This document shows, one piece after another, positions 60,764-64,000 of a DNA stretch of 64,000 bases; within the stretch, counting starts at the first letter, position 1, and every line of letters starts with the position of its first letter. The notes under the pieces are model-generated. The model was not told where the DNA came from. It did no database searches and saw only the letters and a program-made list of their open reading frames with translations. This DNA is from Candidatus Eiseniibacteriota bacterium. GTDB taxonomy: Bacteria; Eisenbacteria; RBG-16-71-46. The stretch lies in contig JAXLXR010000001.1 of the NCBI GenBank assembly GCA_046327815.1, forward strand, positions 260,185 through 324,184, given 5' to 3'. Both the position numbers and the translations under genes were made by a program.

Positions 60764-61200
60764 CCAGGGATTGGCGACGCAACGTTCCGTCGTGGCGGAC
60801 GACCGACCGCCGGCGGTGGCGCCCGGGCAAGGCCGCGCTGCTCGTGGTCTTCGTCATGAGCGTCACGCTGCTCGAGGTCTCCCAGCACGCGACCGTGCAG
60901 GGCCTCAGCGTCGAGCTGGGCAAGGTGAAATCGGACCTCAAGCACGAGACCGACCGCACGGCCTGGTTCAATCGCGAACTCGATCGCGCGAGCAGCCGCT
61001 CCGCGCTGTTGCCGGTGGCGATGAACACGGGCCTGCGTCCGGTGGACCCGGCGCAGATCGTGTCGCTCCCGGAGGACTACCTCGTTCCCGGCGACGCCCG
61101 CATGCGCGAGACGGGCTCGTCCACGCTTCTCGCTTCCGCTGCTCGTGCACTACAGTCGCTCGTGCCGGACGCCGCGGCGCGAGGTCGTCACGTGAACTGA
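60760..61200 (+). CDS. ftsL: cell division protein FtsL-like
   Basis: Small bitopic protein (single TM LLVVFVMSVTLL) followed by a coiled-coil-like region; position between rsmH and ftsI. Confidence 0.65.
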   Translation: MTRDWRRNVPSWRTTDRRRWRPGKAALLVVFVMSVTLLEVSQHATVQGLSVELGKVKSDLKHETDRTAWFNRELDRASSRSALLPVAMNTGLRPVDPAQIVSLPEDYLVPGDARMRETGSSTLLASAARALQSLVPDAAARGRHVN

Positions 61201-61317
61201 TACCCAGGACTTCCTCAAGACGAGGAAGCGACCTGCCGCACCTTGGCCGGCCGCGCCTCAGCACCGCGCAAGTGGGTCCGGCGGTCTGCGTGAACCGTCG
61301 TTCCATGGAGGGAACAG

Positions 61318-63453
61318 TTGGCCCACAGGGAGATGCGCAAGAGTCGGGTGCTGATGGTGGCGGCCGGCCTGTTCCTGGCACTCGCCGTCGTCTGGGTGCG
61401 CGTGATGTGGCTGCAGGTGCCCATGCACGCGCACTACATGGCGAAGGCGGCCGAGCGCCAGGAGAGCCGGGTGAAGCTGATCCCGCGCCGCGGCGACCTG
61501 CTCGACCGCAACGGCCGCGTGCTCGCGCGCGACCTGCAGTCGTTCGAGCTCGCGATCTACCGCCCGCAGGTGCGCAGCGTGCGCGCGCTCGCCGCGAAGA
61601 TGGCGCCCGTGCTGCGCACCGACGCGCGCGCGCTCGCGAAGCGCATCGAGGCGCTGCACGGCTACGCGTGGCTCGAGCACGAGCTGCCGCCCGAGATGGG
61701 GCAGGAGCTGCAGCGCATGCACCTCGAAGGCGTGGTGGTCACGCCGCGCGCGACGCGCGACTACCGGCTCGGTCCGGCGGCGTTCGAGATCCTCGGCCGC
61801 ACCGATCGCGACAACGTCGGCGTGGACGGCGTCGAGTACCAGTACGAATCCGATCTCGGCGGCCGCTCGGGCTGGGTGACGCTCATTCGCGCGGGTGAGA
61901 AGCGCTGGATCCGGCTGCCCGGCTCCGAGACGCACCCGGCGCGCGACGGCGCGTCGCTCACGCTCACGATCGACGCCGACCTGCAGGCGATCGTCGAGCA
62001 CCACCTCGCGCGCACCGTGGACTCGCTCAAGGCGACGCGCGGCTTCGCGATCTTCCTCGACCCGAACACGGGCGAGATCCTCGCCGCCGCGTGCGTGCCG
62101 CACCTCGAGGCCGGCCGCGCGCGCAACTGGACCTTCACGGACCAGTACGAGCCCGGCTCGACGTTCAAGGTGGTCGTCGCGGGCGCGGTGCTCGAGGAAG
62201 GGCTCGCCAAGCCGACCGAGTACTTCGCCGCGGTGCCGCCCGGCGGCGGCAAGGCCGAACTGCTGCCCGGCGTGTACATCGGCGACGCGCACGGCCGGCC
62301 CGGCTACACGTTCTTCGGCGCGATCCAGAACTCGAGCAACATCGTGTGCGGCAAGCTGGGCCTGCGCCTCGGCGCGCAGCGGCTGTACCGCTACGCGGCG
62401 TCGCTCGGCTTCGGCACGCTGACCGGCATCGAGTTCCCGGGCGAGACCTCGGGCCGCCTGCGGCCGCTGTCGCGCTGGCAGCCGCGCTCGACGCCCACCG
62501 TGGCGATCGGGCAGGAGGTGGCGGTGACGCCGCTGCAGCTCGCGCTCGCGTACGCCGCGATCGCGAACGGCGGCGTGCTCATGGAGCCGATGCTCGTGAA
62601 GGAAGTGCGCGCCGCCGACGGTACGCTGCTGCGCCGCAACACCCCGCAGCCGTCGCACCGCGTGTTCAGCGAGGCGACCACCGCCGAGCTGCGCGAGATG
62701 CTGTGCGCCGTCGTGGACAGCGGTACGGCGACGCTCGCGCGCCTGAAGGGCATGCGCATCGCCGGCAAGACCGGCACCGCGCAGAAGGTGGATCCCGCGC
62801 TGCGCCGCTACGGCAGCAAGTTCATGGCGTCGTTCGCCGGCTTCGCGCCGGCCGAGAACCCGCGCATCGTCGGCGTGGTCGTCGTGGACGAGCCGCCGTC
62901 GTACATGCACTACGGCGGCCAGGTCGCCGCGCCCGTGTTCCGCGAAGTCGTGCTCGACCTGATGCGCCAGCCCAACGGCGTGCTCGGCACGACCACGCAG
63001 GCGGTCGCCGCGCGCCCGCCCGCCGTGCCCGCCGTCACCGCACCGGACCTGCGCCTGCTGCCGCGGCGCGAGGCCGAGCTGCGGCTCGCCGATTTCGGCC
63101 TGCACGCCCACTTCGAGGGCGCGGGCTCGCGCGTGTTGTCCCAGTCTCCCGCCGCCGGCCAGCCGGTCGAACGTGGCGGTTCCGTCGTCGCCTGGCTCTC
63201 GCCCCCGCAGGACTCGCTCGGCCGCAGCATGCCGAACCTGTCCGGTCTGCCCATGCGTGAGGCGTTGCGCCGGCTTTCCCAGCGTCAGGTCGTGTCCCAC
63301 GTCGTCGGCAACGGCTTCGTCGTCCGCCAGGAACCCGCACCCGGTACCCCGCTGCCCGTCTCGGGCGGCTGCCGACTGTGGTGCGAGGTGCCCGAGTCGG
63401 GGCCGAACCGCGGCGGCGTGAGCGCGGCCGCGGCGTCGTCGCACCGGCCGTGA
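61318..63453 (+). CDS. ftsI: peptidoglycan D,D-transpeptidase FtsI (PBP3-class) with C-terminal PASTA domains
   Basis: Transpeptidase motifs STFK, SSN, KTGTA; two C-terminal PASTA-like segments; TTG start with GGAGGG RBS. Confidence 0.9.
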   Translation: MAHREMRKSRVLMVAAGLFLALAVVWVRVMWLQVPMHAHYMAKAAERQESRVKLIPRRGDLLDRNGRVLARDLQSFELAIYRPQVRSVRALAAKMAPVLRTDARALAKRIEALHGYAWLEHELPPEMGQELQRMHLEGVVVTPRATRDYRLGPAAFEILGRTDRDNVGVDGVEYQYESDLGGRSGWVTLIRAGEKRWIRLPGSETHPARDGASLTLTIDADLQAIVEHHLARTVDSLKATRGFAIFLDPNTGEILAAACVPHLEAGRARNWTFTDQYEPGSTFKVVVAGAVLEEGLAKPTEYFAAVPPGGGKAELLPGVYIGDAHGRPGYTFFGAIQNSSNIVCGKLGLRLGAQRLYRYAASLGFGTLTGIEFPGETSGRLRPLSRWQPRSTPTVAIGQEVAVTPLQLALAYAAIANGGVLMEPMLVKEVRAADGTLLRRNTPQPSHRVFSEATTAELREMLCAVVDSGTATLARLKGMRIAGKTGTAQKVDPALRRYGSKFMASFAGFAPAENPRIVGVVVVDEPPSYMHYGGQVAAPVFREVVLDLMRQPNGVLGTTTQAVAARPPAVPAVTAPDLRLLPRREAELRLADFGLHAHFEGAGSRVLSQSPAAGQPVERGGSVVAWLSPPQDSLGRSMPNLSGLPMREALRRLSQRQVVSHVVGNGFVVRQEPAPGTPLPVSGGCRLWCEVPESGPNRGGVSAAAASSHRP

Positions 63454-64000
63454 CGCTGCGCGAGCTGTTCGCCGCGCTGCCCGGCGCCACGGCGCACGGG
63501 GACCTCGCCGCCGCCGCGCCGGTGCGCGCGCTGGTGCTCGACTCGCGCCGCGTGCAGCCGGGCGACGTGTTCTTCGCGCTCGCCGGCGTGCACGCCGACG
63601 GCGCGCGCTTCGTGGTGGACGCCGTGCGCGCGGGTGCCGTCGCGGTGGTGGGCGCACGCGGCACGGCGCCGGCCGCCGGCGCGTGCACGATCGAAGTGGA
63701 CGAACCGCGGCTCGCGCTCGCGCAGGCCGCGTGCGCGCTGCACGGCGAGCCGTCGCGGGCGCTGCGCGTGGTGGCGGTGACGGGCACGAACGGCAAGACC
63801 ACGACCACGTACCTGCTCGAGAGCATCTTCGCCGCCGCCGGCTGGAGCGCGGGGCTGATCGGCACGACCGGCATCCGGATCGCGGGGGAGTCGCGGCCGA
63901 GCGCGTTCACCACTCCCGAGGCGCCGCAGCTGCAGGCGCTGCTCGCGGAGATGCGCGAGCGCGGCGTCGCCGCGGTCGCGATGGAGGCGAGCAGCCACGC
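63450..64000 (+). CDS. murE: UDP-N-acetylmuramoyl-L-alanyl-D-glutamate--2,6-diaminopimelate ligase (5' partial, runs off window)
   Basis: VTGTNGKTTT P-loop of Mur ligases following the MurE N-terminal domain; GTGA overlap with ftsI. Confidence 0.85.
   Translation, partial: MTLRELFAALPGATAHGDLAAAAPVRALVLDSRRVQPGDVFFALAGVHADGARFVVDAVRAGAVAVVGARGTAPAAGACTIEVDEPRLALAQAACALHGEPSRALRVVAVTGTNGKTTTTYLLESIFAAAGWSAGLIGTTGIRIAGESRPSAFTTPEAPQLQALLAEMRERGVAAVAMEASSH

Noticed and set aside
61333-61335. Alternative ATG start for ftsI (MRKSRV...)
   Set aside because: AGGGAG sits immediately adjacent with no spacer; TTG at 61318 has a properly spaced GGAGGG RBS, so the longer form is preferred, with low certainty.
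43637-63657. Minus-strand ORFs 43637..47188 (1183 aa), 47847..50651, 51447..53714, 56921..59284, 61258..63657, and + strand off-frame ORFs 43684..48351 (1555 aa), 56719..59856, 7743..10079
   Set aside because: The + strand giants are read-through frames that only become real genes at their 3' ends (GT4 47227..48351, STAS 59398..59856, ccoS 9921..10079). The minus ones are high-GC artefacts opposite asnB, YfhO, propeller, GT-C and ftsI.

Overview
This is a 64 kb, very GC-rich (~70%) bacterial chromosomal segment. Almost every credible gene is on the + strand; the only convincing minus-strand gene is a Crp/Fnr-family regulator. The six-frame ORF track is full of spurious antisense and off-frame ORFs typical of high-GC DNA (Arg/Ala/Gly-rich, nested inside well-supported genes).

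Real content in order:
- purA.
- A complete cbb3 cytochrome oxidase locus with a fused ccoNO, ccoQ, a short monoheme ccoP, ccoG, ccoH, a DsbD_2-like membrane protein, the ccoI Cu-ATPase and ccoS.
- A cohesin-like secreted protein with a T9SS/FlgD-Ig-type C-terminal sorting domain (CTD).
- A ~7.4 kb giant surface protein built from at least 12 tandem 222-bp (74-aa) Ig-like repeats, with several reading-frame breaks, ending in the same CTD.
- A bidirectional terminator, the Crp/Fnr regulator, tRNA-Lys(TTT), an orphan zf-HC2 anti-sigma factor, ychF, an OMP beta-barrel and a PMT/ArnT-like GT-C.
- An FMN riboswitch plus terminator driving ribD-ribE-ribBA-ribH-nusB-metallophosphoesterase.
- Immediately after, with essentially no intergenic space, a ~30 kb, roughly 24-gene same-strand glycan-assembly super-cluster (28969-58738). 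It carries six GT4s, a soluble GT2, two polyprenol-phosphate-sugar synthase GT2s, four GT-C-fold membrane enzymes (DUF2723-TPR, YfhO, two ArnT/PMT-like), HddC/HddA-like sugar activation, an epimerase, AsnB-like amidotransferase, a Wzx-like flippase, an LPG-synthase-TM-like protein, two methyltransferases, a FemAB-like GNAT and a beta-propeller secreted protein with CTD.
- The start of the dcw cluster (MraZ boxes, mraZ, an inserted STAS-domain gene, rsmH, ftsL, ftsI, murE partial).

The most interesting candidate system is the compact multi-GT-C glycosylation cluster. Together with the three CTD-bearing secreted proteins, it points to a periplasmic lipid-linked glycan or protein O-glycosylation pathway (inference). 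Taxonomic guess (inference only): FCB-group, Gemmatimonadota-like.
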